A stretch of DNA of 37,590 bases from Corallochytrium limacisporum Hawaii (taxonomy: Eukaryota; Protista; Pluriformea). Below the pieces are notes generated by a model. That model was given only the letters and a program-made list of their open reading frames with translations. It did not search any database and was not told the origin of the DNA. The stretch spans positions 265,357-302,946 of the forward strand of contig PDIP01000008.1 in assembly GCA_002811645.1 (NCBI GenBank), in the 5' to 3' direction. Both the position numbers and the translations under genes were made by a program. Below, in pieces: positions 1 to 11,198 of the stretch (positions are counted from its first letter, which is position 1; every line of letters begins with the position of its first letter).

Positions 1-563
1 TACGGAGCTAAAGATTGGCACAGTTATACATTCGAGGGTGCTGAGTTCGAATCTGTCAAAATTTTCCCGCTCTCCCAAGCGACGGCAGAGCCAAATCAAA
101 ATGAGTAGATTCGATACAATATTTCCAGACAGAGGGTGGTATATCAAAACACCTTTGGTGGAAGAACTGGGCACGGACTGGAGCGAGGGAAGGGAGGGGG
201 GGGGTGGCCAGCAGAGAAGAGCAAAAAGGCAAAACATTGTCGTCTTGGGGCAGACCGGGTTGTCATAGGTTCACTATTGCAAATGCGGTGGCGCGCACAG
301 TCCTTGCCCCTTCCCCGCCCAGGGAGGTTAGGCGCAAATCGCAGAAGTTACCGGATTGACCAGCCATACGGAAATGGCTTTTTTCTTTCTGGCGTTTCAC
401 TGCTTTTGGTCCCCTTTTTCAGGGCTGGAAGGCCTCAACTTTCTTCGCGACTGAACGCCGGCCGAGTGATGTGGCAGGGCGACCGGGTTAGGAACAACGA
501 CTCAAGGCCGAAGGGAAACCGGGGGGGGGCAATTTGAACCAAAGGTCCCCCCTTCTCGCCTGG

Positions 564-589
564 GTGTGTGTGTGTGTGTGGGTGTGTGT
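564..589. repeat. Interrupted (GT)n microsatellite
   Basis: gtgtgtgtgtgtgtgtg ggtgtgtgt read directly. Confidence 0.9.
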
Positions 590-954
590 TGTGTTGACCC
601 TATTCGACTCCAGCTGCCAGTCTTCGGCACGCGTCTGGACGGCTTGCTGAAAATGGGAGCGAACAGGCGCGCTTACTTGTGGCAAAAGTTTTGGCTCAGT
701 TGCTTCTGTAGTCTTTGTTCTTTCTGGATCGCCAGTCGTTTTATTGAGCCCTCTAAGTGGAGCGATGAACATTGGTCCTCGGTATTCTTTGGTGTTCAAG
801 GTACGTTTCCACTACTTTTTATGTTTCACAATCAGTTGGCTATTTGACCGTGGAAATCTGATCATGAGAGGACAGTGAGAAACCAAAACAGCTGTAAACG
901 GTCGGGAGCCCTTGTTCGGGAAAGCGATTGTGAACACACTTATAGTAGATCAGA

Positions 955-1770
955 ATGAATCGCAATTACTACGATAACGATATTACAACATGGTCACCCC
1001 ATGGTCGTATCTTTCAGATCGAGTACGCCATGGAAGCCGTCAAGCAGGGAAGCTGTGCAGTGGGTGTCAAATCTAAGGAAGTCGCCATTCTCCTGGCTTT
1101 GAAGCGTGCCAGCTCGGAGCTGTCTGCCCATCAGAAAAAGGTATTTCGTATTGATGACCACATTGGCATTGCAATTGCTGGCCTCACCAGCGATGCCCGT
1201 GTGTTGAGCCGGTTCATGCGAAATGAGTGTCTGAACTCCAAATTTGCGTACGACGATTCCCTGCCCGTGAGCCGCCTGGTATCCCGCGTCTCCGCCCGTA
1301 CCCAGGTCTCCACTCAGCGTTACGGCCGTCGTCCTTATGGTGTTGGCCTCTTGGTGGCAGGCTATGATGATCAGGGCCCGCACGTCTACCAGACCTGCCC
1401 CTCTGCCAACTTTTATGACTGCAAGGCTATGGCCATTGGAGCCCGTTCTCAGTCCGCTCGCACTTATCTCGAGCGTAACTTTGACAAATTCCCGGAAAGT
1501 AGCCTCGAGGAACTGGTTCTGCACGGTCTCTACGCCCTGCGCGAGTCCCTACCGCAGAACACGGACCTCAGCGCACAGAACACGGCCATTGCCGTTGTTG
1601 GCAAGGACTTGCCCTTCAACGAGCTTAGCGAGGAGGAGACCGGACGGTACCTCGAGAAGATGGGAGAGGACCGGCGGTCGAAGCGCACGGGTGATGTGCT
1701 GAAGGAAGCGGACGAAGGTGGCGATGCTGGCACCAGTGGGGAACCGGGTGAGGGTGGTGAGAGTCAGTAA
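955..1770 (+). CDS. PSMA1: 20S proteasome subunit alpha type-1 (alpha6/Pre5)
   Basis: N-terminal alpha signature [31 protein letters not shown], plus [23 protein letters not shown] and [14 protein letters not shown]; purine at -3 of ATG. Confidence 0.97.
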   Translation: MNRNYYDNDITTWSPHGRIFQIEYAMEAVKQGSCAVGVKSKEVAILLALKRASSELSAHQKKVFRIDDHIGIAIAGLTSDARVLSRFMRNECLNSKFAYDDSLPVSRLVSRVSARTQVSTQRYGRRPYGVGLLVAGYDDQGPHVYQTCPSANFYDCKAMAIGARSQSARTYLERNFDKFPESSLEELVLHGLYALRESLPQNTDLSAQNTAIAVVGKDLPFNELSEEETGRYLEKMGEDRRSKRTGDVLKEADEGGDAGTSGEPGEGGESQ

Positions 1771-2017
1771 ACTAGTTTATCTGACTGGTCGTGAAGATCC
1801 TCTATGCGGCTTGATCATTCAAAGAACAGAGAACGCCCAAATACTAGTATGTAACAAGCACCAAACCAAATAATACATTACAGTAATGAATTGAGAAACC
1901 TTCACATTCGATTTCGCGCTCGCGTTGTGTTGTGAGCAAGCAACATTGCAAACATTGATGGTGTGACCATTAAAAGGTACAGTACAAGAAGTTTTTAATA
2001 AAGGCAGAGCCAGCCCG

Positions 2018-2380
2018 TTACGAGTTAAGAGTATAGTTATAACCACATCGAGGACACCGATAGAAAATAGTTTGTCCTTCGTCAGCGCTACGCAGCTGCA
2101 TGGTGAAGAAGTTCATTTCGTGGTGGTTGCACTTGGGGCACTTCTCGTCAATTGTAGCTAATTTCGGCTGCAAAGCAGCCTGAGTAAGCATCTTGGTTTT
2201 GCGTTCGCTAACTCCAAGACTCTGGCTCACAGATTTCACCTGCTCGACAATCTTTTCATCCACCCAGAAATCGCACATTTCACACTCCACGCGGGTTTCT
2301 TTGACCGGGATCGGCAGGATGCTGCCGCACCGCGGACAGAACAATGGGCCCTCGCCCGCTCTTCCGAAAGCCGAAGCCAT
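2018..2380 (-). CDS. RPA12: RNA polymerase I subunit RPA12 (ZNRD1/POLR1H)
   Basis: Two Zn ribbons (FCPRCGS..CEMC and CPKC..CPRC) and the RPA12-type motif MQLRSADEGQTIFY. First ATG is at 2380; the track starts at a TTG. Confidence 0.93.
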   Translation of the reverse strand: MASAFGRAGEGPLFCPRCGSILPIPVKETRVECEMCDFWVDEKIVEQVKSVSQSLGVSERKTKMLTQAALQPKLATIDEKCPKCNHHEMNFFTMQLRSADEGQTIFYRCPRCGYNYTLNS

Positions 2381-2976
2381 GTTGCTCAATGTAGTGTCTA
2401 CTAAATTCGAGAGTTACTTGATAGTGATCATGGTCCGGGTTATCAAATGTGACATCCCATGGCGCAGAAGTACCTAGTCCCCAACACACGCCTGTTGCAC
2501 ACACTGCAGTGGGAAAGGGGAACCCACTCACCCCATCTCCCCGTGGCACACTTAAGCCTCCCCCTCGCCTACCGCCCCTTTTCCCGAGGCCCCCCCCTCC
2601 GCTGGTGCGCATTTCCATGCGGGACCCCCGCTCTGGGGCACTGGGCACGACCTTCAAATTGCTCCCCCCTCCCCTCTGCGGGGCACCCGCACGATCGGGG
2701 GAGGGCTTTCAGCAAGCGGGTGGCACGCCGACAGGGTCATGCAGACATCCGGTCTGTGGAACATATCGCCTGGAGAACGATGGTATTTTGAGAATGTAAA
2801 TTGGGATACTCGGTCTGATCCGGGAATGAGTGATGAGCGATCCGTGTGATTTATAGGGTACAAAATGGTTGCCTGTACATGAGTACGAAGAGTTGTGGGA
2901 AGACGAAGAAGAGCCGCCCATGAAACTCGCGCGGTTACCGCGTCTTGGATCACATTAGAAACAGAACTACACAACC
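2381..2976. promoter_or_regulatory. Bidirectional promoter RPA12/RRP7
   Basis: 596-bp head-to-head spacer with a central C-run cluster (about 2558-2704). Confidence 0.6.
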
Positions 2977-3984
2977 ATGACGTCCAAACCGAACATAGGA
3001 ACCGATTTTTTGGTCTTACGGGCAAGAAATGAGGACTTTGAAGAGCGGGTCAATAAGGTGAAGATCAATGGACTGAGTGACAAGAAAGCCGATCGCTTTC
3101 GCAAAAGCCCACACCACTTCTATGTCCGACTGAACAGCTCAAAGTCCGACCTGGGATTACCTGAGGGAAAAACAATCTTTGTGACTAACATCCCGTTCTA
3201 TATGAGTGAGAGCGATCTGAAGAAAACCTTTGAGGCTGCTGCTGAGGGGACGGTAGAATATTTAGTATGCAGGAATCTCACCTACGACTCGGGCGTGGTG
3301 ACACTGTCCAAGAATCTGAGGCACCGGCAGCATCAGTTGAAGAAAGAAATCAATAACTCTGCACCACAGACACCAGCGATGCGACAATTGACGGTTACCG
3401 GCGAAGTGGGACCGCCAGCTGAGATCACACTGACCGAGCTCATGCCACAGTGTCGCGTGGCCTACGTCTCCTTTTCACGTAAGACATATGCGCAGGCCAT
3501 CCTTGCGCTCTGTCAGGCTAAATCCACAATTCCTCTGATATGCGACAGCAGTGAGTATCAAAGCACAAGTTTGGGGGGACTGGCAGCCTTCCGGGAACGC
3601 TACTTAGGTGCGATTGTCTCGCACACGGAACTCGAAAGCTTCGCCTCTGAAGTGATCTTCACCGCCGAAGACGCGGAGGCAGAGGAGCGAAGGCGCTTGT
3701 TGGAAAGTGCGGGAGTGCCAGATAAGGACGGGTGGGTTACCGTTGTGCACAAGCGAGCCACGAACCTCAGCGGCGGCGCAGGTTCCGGTGCCGTGCCGGT
3801 ACACAAGGCCGTGAAGAAGCGCCAGAAGAGGTATGAAATGGACAACTTTTACCGCTTCCAGAAGACAAACCAGAAGCAGGAACGACTGTCTAAGCTGCGC
3901 AAGGCCTTCGAGGAGGACCGAGCAAAGCTGAAACAGCTGCAGCATCGCAAAAAGCGGAAAGCAGAACCGGAGACGCTAGATTAG
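2977..3984 (+). CDS. RRP7: Ribosomal RNA-processing protein 7 (UtpC component)
   Basis: RRM-like N-terminus (TIFVTNIP) and RRP7 C-terminal motifs PDKDGWVTV and NFYRFQK..LRKAFEEDRAKL. Confidence 0.92.
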   Translation: MTSKPNIGTDFLVLRARNEDFEERVNKVKINGLSDKKADRFRKSPHHFYVRLNSSKSDLGLPEGKTIFVTNIPFYMSESDLKKTFEAAAEGTVEYLVCRNLTYDSGVVTLSKNLRHRQHQLKKEINNSAPQTPAMRQLTVTGEVGPPAEITLTELMPQCRVAYVSFSRKTYAQAILALCQAKSTIPLICDSSEYQSTSLGGLAAFRERYLGAIVSHTELESFASEVIFTAEDAEAEERRRLLESAGVPDKDGWVTVVHKRATNLSGGAGSGAVPVHKAVKKRQKRYEMDNFYRFQKTNQKQERLSKLRKAFEEDRAKLKQLQHRKKRKAEPETLD

Positions 3985-4177
3985 AAAGACTGAGTCTGTT
4001 TTCTCGGTCTCTGTAAATTCGCAAAATATCAGTGCATCTGCTCTTAATAAATACATCGTTTTCAGGAAACGTCATTGCTGAACTTTTGTTAGATTGCTAT
4101 GTGAGTTGTTTGGTTGGCTGCATAATCTAGCAAAGCTTTAAATCATGAGGAAAATGCTGGAACTATCATTGAAACAT

Positions 4178-6373
4178 TCAGTCCTCCTCCACTTCGATCA
4201 ACCCCCAAACCTCCGTAGTCTTGGCCCGAAACTCTTCCGTGGCCGCCAGAGAAGGATTGTTGAAAGTGCGCGAGTAGGAACTGTGACCGTGGTCAAAGTA
4301 TTCGTCTAGCCAAATACCAAAGTGGGCAAGGCCACTGCGGGCGTGTCGGTTGCTAAAGATGCCATCGCCGCAGCCCATGAAGATGGAGCTGTTGCCACCA
4401 AACATGAAATAGTCATTCTTGCGGGTCCAGTGATACACGGCCAACTTCGGGCGCACACTAAAGAGAAAGCATTCTCCATTACCCAAACAGCGATCGCTGA
4501 CTCGGAATGGCTCACTACCGTAGCCCCCAAAGACGTGGCCCTTCTCATCGCCTACGACTAGGAAGATCGGTCCTTCCTCGTAGTCTGCCATGCGCCTGTA
4601 GAAGGTCGACATGCTGACACCGTCCTGCCATGTGGCAAAGAGCAAGGACCAACTATAGTTCCTGTACTGATAGGGCACGCTGCGCATGAGAATCCGCGCC
4701 TCGGTGTCACTGACCAACCGACTCTCGCCAACGATCACGGGAGGTGTATCCTCTTCCTGATTTTGTTCTCCGGTTCCTGCTCCTGCGCCGTTTGTGTGGC
4801 TGTCCGGGTTGGACCGCTGTGATGCTTGCTTGGTTATAACAGTGTCTGAGTTCCTGGTTTCCCCCTCGTCCTGCAGCGTTCGGCTGCTAGCCTCCTTCGC
4901 TACCGTGTCCTGGGAATCATCGTCAGCCAGATACTTAGTGCTGGTGTCCGGCACACTGATACGGATCTCATTCATTGTCTCCTCAACATCGCTTTCTATT
5001 TTATCGGTGGTGCTGTGTCCTCCGAAGGTGGCCCTGTGTGGAAGTGGAACTGGGGCATTCGACCGGTACTCGTTGCCATCCGCATCGTAGGTCAAAGCCT
5101 CGATCGCTTCCTTGCTGAGCACGTCAGGCACTGCAAAAACTAGTTCCACCCGCTTTGATGGCGATTTCTTGTCAGAAAACACTCCCGGTCCCGCCGGTAT
5201 GTAGATGGTGTTGTGTGGCTTGAGTACAACCTTAATCAGTGCCATGTCATCATCTGCTAGCATGTCATGGCTGTCCAGGGTGGAGTTACTAGTCCTTCCT
5301 GGCGAATTGAGCGAATCCCTGAGATCCGGTGCTTGATCTTTGCCACCACTCTCTGCGCTGACGGCGGTCTCAGACATGCCATTCTTATCCTCTTCGAGGG
5401 CTCTAGGACTGCCGCTGCCGCTGCCAGGACTGTCTGCACTGTCCACCTTTGGTAGTTGCTTCACCACTTGCATTTTCTTCACAGTCTGTAGTGCCGCAGT
5501 GTCGCTAATGTGATGTTGGTGGCCTTTGTGCGCCGAGTGGTGGTGTATGATTGGTGAGGGGTCCTCGTGGGAACCGTGATGCCCACGATGCAAGATGCTG
5601 CTGAAGAATCCTTTGCGGTCGCCAGGGCTGCCCCTGCTGTTCGCTCGACTGCTGTTCGGACTCTGTTCCACTGACAGGGCTTTCGGCAATTCCTTGACCG
5701 AACCAACGTATAGGATGTCCGTAATGCTGCGAAATACCTGGTACTCGAGGATGCCCTTCGCCTTTACGGCCTTGTGTTCTGCCTTGGGCTCAAAGACTAC
5801 ATGCTCAGTGGTAATGGTCAGCACTCCCGGGATCATAATGCTCTCGCGTTCGTTATACATGCTTGCGTATGTCTTCACACGCCGGCCGCTGACAGGACGG
5901 CTGACCTCGTGGTGGTGTCCGGCATGGTGGCCCACTTCAACACGTGGCACTGTGTCGTGATGGTGCAGCAGCATGTGATCGTGGTGCTTCTCGCCCACGC
6001 TCTGCTTCCGACGCACCATGGGATCTGCACTGGAGGCACGCTTGACTCCGCTCTGTCCGTCGTCATCATCAGGATCGTCCATATCGTAGACAAAAATGCT
6101 ATCCCCAGGCATAAGCGGATGGGATAGCGGCATTTTGTTAAGGGCCGCTACCTCTCCCAGTGCCATATCATAGCGGACGGACAGACTCTGGAAGGTCTCT
6201 CCGGGTTGTACTTCGTGCAAGATGAGCTTCCTTGGCATGGAATGGTCCATACTGATTGTTCGTCCATAGCTATTTCTGTGTATCCTTGCGGACACCTTTA
6301 AAGTTTCACCATGGGAGGTTGGGTGTCTAGGTTTGTCTCCCTGCACTCCCTCCGATTTGCCACCGGATTCCAT
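4178..6373 (-). CDS. OXR1/NCOA7-like LysM-GRAM-TLDc protein
   Basis: LysM (HEVQPGETFQSLSVRYDM..LMPGDSIFV), GRAM-like segment (PGVLTITTEHVVFEP) and C-terminal TLDc (WSLLFATWQDGVSMSTFY, GHVFGGY, GNGECFLF, TFNNPSL, EVWGL). Confidence 0.9.
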   Translation of the reverse strand: MESGGKSEGVQGDKPRHPTSHGETLKVSARIHRNSYGRTISMDHSMPRKLILHEVQPGETFQSLSVRYDMALGEVAALNKMPLSHPLMPGDSIFVYDMDDPDDDDGQSGVKRASSADPMVRRKQSVGEKHHDHMLLHHHDTVPRVEVGHHAGHHHEVSRPVSGRRVKTYASMYNERESIMIPGVLTITTEHVVFEPKAEHKAVKAKGILEYQVFRSITDILYVGSVKELPKALSVEQSPNSSRANSRGSPGDRKGFFSSILHRGHHGSHEDPSPIIHHHSAHKGHQHHISDTAALQTVKKMQVVKQLPKVDSADSPGSGSGSPRALEEDKNGMSETAVSAESGGKDQAPDLRDSLNSPGRTSNSTLDSHDMLADDDMALIKVVLKPHNTIYIPAGPGVFSDKKSPSKRVELVFAVPDVLSKEAIEALTYDADGNEYRSNAPVPLPHRATFGGHSTTDKIESDVEETMNEIRISVPDTSTKYLADDDSQDTVAKEASSRTLQDEGETRNSDTVITKQASQRSNPDSHTNGAGAGTGEQNQEEDTPPVIVGESRLVSDTEARILMRSVPYQYRNYSWSLLFATWQDGVSMSTFYRRMADYEEGPIFLVVGDEKGHVFGGYGSEPFRVSDRCLGNGECFLFSVRPKLAVYHWTRKNDYFMFGGNSSIFMGCGDGIFSNRHARSGLAHFGIWLDEYFDHGHSSYSRTFNNPSLAATEEFRAKTTEVWGLIEVEED

Positions 6374-7986
6374 GGTCTATGTCAGGGTAAGCCCTGTCTG
6401 CGTTACACGTTCTTGGCTTTTCCTTGGTCTGGCGTGACCTGTTGCCCTACATTCTCAAGTAAAGCCTCCCATTGTCAATGACGAAGTGCTGATCATGCAG
6501 GTTGTCAGGATTGGACCAACAACATCCCTGTGGAGGACAAAATCTTTCAATTTCATGTTCTTCGGGACTTGGTGCTGTCTTATACCAATGCCGCTACGCA
6601 GACTCGCAACACCCGGGGGCTCTGTTCTTTGTTCATCCCTCCGCCAAGCTACACAAAAGTAAGACCTACACGTAAGAGCGCACCGTCGATATCAGCATTC
6701 GGACGGGACAAGGGGGATACAGTGGAGATCTCGGGGTCTGCCTGTATTAGACATTGCACCGCACAGTAGTTGTGTTTGAGTCTGACCGCAATGTCCATAG
6801 ACTGCTCACCATTATGCTGCTGATGTCAACCCCGGTGCTGGCTACGGTCGAGGGTAACCGTTGGGCGTATCTCTTGCCCGTGTCGCTGGCCGGCGGGCTG
6901 GTTGGCCTGCGGCTCCTCCCGTTCTCCCGCTTCGATCGTACATCAAACGAGGCATTTAGCCCAAAATTCTTCTTCGGGCCCCCTACACCGCTCCCTTCCG
7001 CTCTTTCTTTCAGTTTCCCTCTTTTCATTGGTTTTAGCTCTGAGCTCCCCGTGTGTCCGTGACTGTGTGGTATTATCGACGATTTTTTCTCCTTGCACTT
7101 CCGCTGTACTCACTCATTTCCTGCTCTACTGAGATGACAGGTTCCCCCCCCCCGGGAGGGGGAGGGTTTGGAGTGGGACTTTGCAGTGTACTCGGTTGCC
7201 TCCCCGCAGCTTTTCAATTTTTGTTCATAGTTCACTTCTGTTCTTTATTGCCTTGCTTGTCGTTCTCCTCTTAGGGCCTGCCGTATAATGCCTCCGCCAT
7301 ACTCCCGGGGGGCGCCCCCCCCGGGGGGGGGTGCAGGGGCCAAGACCGGTGGTGGGCCACCTTTGCCACACGACTGCGAGAGGCGTTTCGTGTTTTAATG
7401 CGGTGTGTACTATGCGTAGATACAGTTCTTTGAACTGGTTATCTTGTCTTACCAGGGGCATCATCATCGTCATCAGCATCTTCAGCACTGATGGTGTCTT
7501 TTCCTTTTGGATCGGGTTTGATTTCCGGATACGCTGCCCAAATTGTTCCTGTTCGTTTTCCATGTTTTGGGTCCCTTGTAGCAGTTTGCAGTGCCGCCGT
7601 AGAGCTTCTGCGCGGGTGTGCGTGTATCTGTGCTTCCGCCTCTGTGGCACACGGACCCTACCATGAAAAACCGAAACAATGCGGTGTCGAACCACTTGCA
7701 AACAACAAATCGGATCAGACAGAAACAACAGCCGGCGCGCGGCTGCTGCATGCGAGAATACGTAATCCCAACAGGAAGAAATCCCCTGTCGCCGCCCCTT
7801 TCCTGATTCGCAAAATTCTCCGCGAGAGAGAGGGGTAGAAGGGGAGGACGGGCGGGTTGTCTTTCTTTCTCCCTAGCATCCCCACTCCACCGGCACCACC
7901 AACATTTTCTGCTAGTGCCCAAATTTACGAATCCTCCACTAACACAAGATCGAGAACCACCACATCTAGACTCTTCACTGAGACGA

Positions 7987-8007
7987 ACACACACACACAC
8001 ACACACA
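7987..8007. repeat. (AC)10 microsatellite
   Basis: Read directly from sequence. Confidence 0.9.
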
Positions 8008-8976
8008 AAAGACAGAAAGAGGGAGCGAGAGCGCAAAAAGTAAAGTGCCATGGGAGAGATAATCTATCTGCCCGGCACCGCTCCTAGTAACTGCGCACCC
8101 TGGAGCCATGGTGCACACTCGAACGATAACACTGCAGCCTGGAATGGCGGTGGGGAAGGGGGGCACGGAAGGGACGGAGGGGACTGTGGAGGGGGGAGGA
8201 GGGGGCATACACCGTCCCCGTCCCGGTTGCTTCAATTCCCATTTTTTGTTTGGTGGACCGCGGTGTGTTTTTTTCTGTATTTAATTTTGGACCAAAAACG
8301 TCTCCCTTTTGCACTGCGGTCTATTCTAGCACGCCAACAAAAAATACACAAGGGACAGGGACTAGCGAGGCACGGATCCCAGAGGCCATTGTTACAACCC
8401 CTCTCTCCCCCCCCTCCCTACCACCAACCCGGACAACACCAAAACAGTCACGACGTTCCGATCGGACGTGGATCCAAAAAACCCAAAACCAACTCGGAAC
8501 GTCAAACAGACCAAAGGTTGGGGGTCAGGGTGGGGGATTCATCCATCCTGGCCCAGAGAGAAATTGAGTAAGCAACCCACAGCACCATTCTCTGTTTTCT
8601 CCTCCTTTTCTTTTCTTGGTTGTTTTTCCATTTCCCCTTCTTCTTCCTTCTTTTTTTGTTGTTAGTCTTTCTTCTCCATTTCCTTTCGGCCTTCGGGACC
8701 CACCTTCTTCTTTTTGTTTCCGAGCCTGTGTTGGGTTCCCAACACTGCCCCCCCCCTTCTCGGCCGCTCAGTGTCCGCACCGCACACGTCCACGGTTCCC
8801 CCCCCCCCACACCCCGGGGGCCCCCGGGGGAAGGGGGTTTCTCTGGCTCCCCTTGCCCTGGGGTCGGGGTGACCGAGCCGGTCAGCGGTGGGCCGAAATA
8901 AAACTGTGCCCTAAATTAAACATCGTCACGACTGGGTTGGGAAGGGCACTTGGAGCGGGGCGCGCGTCGCGCCGGG

Positions 8977-9026
8977 GCGACAACGCACCGTGAACATATG
9001 CGCGACAACGCACCGTAGACATATGC
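8977..9026. repeat. 25-bp tandem duplication
   Basis: gcgacaacgcaccgtGAacatatgc / gcgacaacgcaccgtAGacatatgc. Confidence 0.9.
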
Positions 9027-9201
9027 TTGCAAGAGCGCGTCTTTCTTACACCTACGCAGGATAGCAGATGTACCAGTTGTGGAGCGCACACTAGATCATG
9101 CTACTTGAGGAAGACAGTGTAAATTAGATAGGAAACGACCATGTCACACACACGCACAAAATTTGGGCACACTCAGGGACCGTTTCCCAAACACATACAC
9201 T

Positions 9202-11070
9202 ATGCCCGGCGGAGGAGGACTACAGGTTCCGGGCGGTGTTCCCGGAATGTTTCCAGCTCCAAATAGCGCCCAGAGAGTCGGAGGGTCATCGCGGGAAGGC
9301 GGGGCGAGCAATGATAAGGTCCGTGCAAAAGTACCTCTACAGAAGGGGCGTTCGCTCATGGACTGGATCCGCCTCATGAACGAACGTGGTCCAGCCCTCA
9401 ATGGCATTGGAGGGCGCAAGATGCGTGTAACCATGGAAGAGCTGGCCAAGCACAATACCCGAGAGGACGCATGGATGGCAGTTAATGGAGTGGTCTACAA
9501 TGTCACCGAATATATGGAATTTCACCCAGGTGGTGAAGGTAAGCTCATGGAAGGTGTCGGCACTGACGCCACTGCCCTCTTCAATCGGTATCACTCTTGG
9601 GTCAATCCGCAGACCATGCTCGAGAAGACGATAGTCGGTCCTTTGGTTGCGCCGCCTGCCATGCACTTGGCCGCCCCAGGCAATGCGGGGAGCGGAGGAG
9701 GCCCTGTGACGTTGGGAGTGCCCGGAACTCCTTCGGCTGCCGTACCAAGGAGAGCCGGGTCTGCTATAGCGCAGACCACCGACAAAAAGGCACTGCCCCA
9801 AAAACTCCGTACTGACTGGTACCAAACGGAAAAGGAAGTTTTCCTGAATGTCTACGTACCAAATCTGAGCCCCAAGGCCTTGGCGGCGGCAGGCGGAGCG
9901 GACGGAAAGGAGGTCGTCCTGACCATTTCGGAGGTAGTACACGGACACAAGCACCAAGTCGCTGTCAGACTAGGGGGTTTGCTACGTTTCAACACTGCAG
10001 AGCAACCGGTCCTGCACTTTGGACCGAAGAAATTGGAGGTCCGTCTACTGAAGGACAACACTGGGCAATGGCCCAGCGACGACATCAAAGTCACCACCGC
10101 GACGGAGGCCACCACCGTAGTTGCCCCCGACAGTAATAGTAGCACAGTCAGCAAGGTCACTAAGCGTGGTAGTGATTTCACTGTGAAGGGCTGTGTTATC
10201 TCCGAAATCAAGGACATTAACGGTCGGGGGCTAATGACGTACGTGATAGATTTGCCAGCCGATCCGCAGATTGACAGAGTCATCGGAGATTGGGAACCGG
10301 GCCAGCATCTGTATCTCAGTTTTCCCCAGTCCTACCGAACCGGCTACGAAGGCGCTGATGATCGCCGCCCCTACACACCGAGCGCCTTTGCCCGGAAGAA
10401 TGGCACGCACTGGCAGGCCGTTCTCGACATCAAGCTCTACCCAGACGGTGTCTTCACTGGGCCAAACGGACCATTGCAGAAGCATTCGCAGGTTCCGGGC
10501 GAAATGTGCCAGATCCGTGGACCTGCAGGACACAAGGCCAGTGCCTGGCTGGACGATGCAAAGGGCCAGGCCATCACACTTTTGGCGGCCGGCACAGGGA
10601 TAACCCCATTAATCTCAGTCCTCCGTGCCCATCTAGGCTTTTCGCCCTGGACCCATGTGACCACCGACACCGCTGCTGGTGGCGAATTCACGGGTTCCTG
10701 CTCGTCTGCAGCACTCATCTACAGTGTCCGGCAGTGGAACGATGTCCTCGAGTGGGAGGAGATCCAGGTCATTCTGGGCCTGGTCGGTCCGCAGCGCCTG
10801 CGCGTCCATGTGATCATTACCGATGGACCTGTGCCCAAGCACCCGGAGTTATCGGAGGGCATCAGTATTAGCAATGAAAAATTGGATGTCGAGAGCCTGA
10901 GAGCTTTGGTCAAAGTCTCGAAGTATGCTAATAGTTCCGGAGACGTGGCAATGGGCCCAGCGGATCCGCACTACTTTGTTTGCGGACCCTTGAGCTATAA
11001 TCGTAGCATGGACTCCAAGATCCGCGGTATTGAGGGACAGGACACCAGAAACATCCATTTGTACCAGTAA
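9202..11070 (+). CDS. CYB5R4: NADH cytochrome b5 oxidoreductase (b5-CS-b5R fusion, NCB5OR)
   Basis: FPAPNSAQRV..KVPLQKGRSLMDWIRL N-terminus, heme motif HPGG, CS domain (DWYQTEKEV), FAD motif RPYTP, NAD motif AAGTGITP and CGP. First in-frame ATG is at 9202. Confidence 0.93.
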   Translation: MPGGGGLQVPGGVPGMFPAPNSAQRVGGSSREGGASNDKVRAKVPLQKGRSLMDWIRLMNERGPALNGIGGRKMRVTMEELAKHNTREDAWMAVNGVVYNVTEYMEFHPGGEGKLMEGVGTDATALFNRYHSWVNPQTMLEKTIVGPLVAPPAMHLAAPGNAGSGGGPVTLGVPGTPSAAVPRRAGSAIAQTTDKKALPQKLRTDWYQTEKEVFLNVYVPNLSPKALAAAGGADGKEVVLTISEVVHGHKHQVAVRLGGLLRFNTAEQPVLHFGPKKLEVRLLKDNTGQWPSDDIKVTTATEATTVVAPDSNSSTVSKVTKRGSDFTVKGCVISEIKDINGRGLMTYVIDLPADPQIDRVIGDWEPGQHLYLSFPQSYRTGYEGADDRRPYTPSAFARKNGTHWQAVLDIKLYPDGVFTGPNGPLQKHSQVPGEMCQIRGPAGHKASAWLDDAKGQAITLLAAGTGITPLISVLRAHLGFSPWTHVTTDTAAGGEFTGSCSSAALIYSVRQWNDVLEWEEIQVILGLVGPQRLRVHVIITDGPVPKHPELSEGISISNEKLDVESLRALVKVSKYANSSGDVAMGPADPHYFVCGPLSYNRSMDSKIRGIEGQDTRNIHLYQ

Positions 11071-11132
11071 ATGAACAAATCACTCTTTAAAGAAACTTAG
11101 AACGGTTGCATGGTCTGATAAGCTGTCTTGTT

Positions 11133-11149
11133 TACTACTACTACTACTA
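11133..11149. repeat. (TAC)n microsatellite in a convergent spacer
   Basis: tactactactactacta. Confidence 0.85.
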
Positions 11150-11198
11150 GTGCTCTAGCCCATTTCGAGTTGGTGTGATTATTTGATAAGGTGCCTTG

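Larger units (their letters stand above)
6374..9201. promoter_or_regulatory. Long divergent regulatory region OXR1-like/CYB5R4
   Basis: 2.8-kb spacer with several G/C homopolymer clusters, pyrimidine tracts and microsatellites; no credible ORF. Confidence 0.5.

Noticed and set aside
16-57. tRNA-like A-box (TGGCACAGTT) and B-box (GAGTTCGAATC)
   Set aside because: Spacing is too short and no T-stem or acceptor stem can be formed
2829-2840. GTGATGAG as a snoRNA C box or a PAC-like ribosome-biogenesis motif between RPA12 and RRP7
   Set aside because: No downstream CTGA D box before the RRP7 start; a single imperfect PAC match is not enough
8756-8765. CTTCTCGGCC matching the U2 snRNA 5' region
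   Set aside because: Match stops after 10 nt and no GTAGTA branch-pairing sequence follows
6530-9091. Many 60-190 aa ORFs in the long spacer
   Set aside because: Products of GC-rich, low-complexity sequence (poly-P/G/F runs, microsatellites) with no domain signatures
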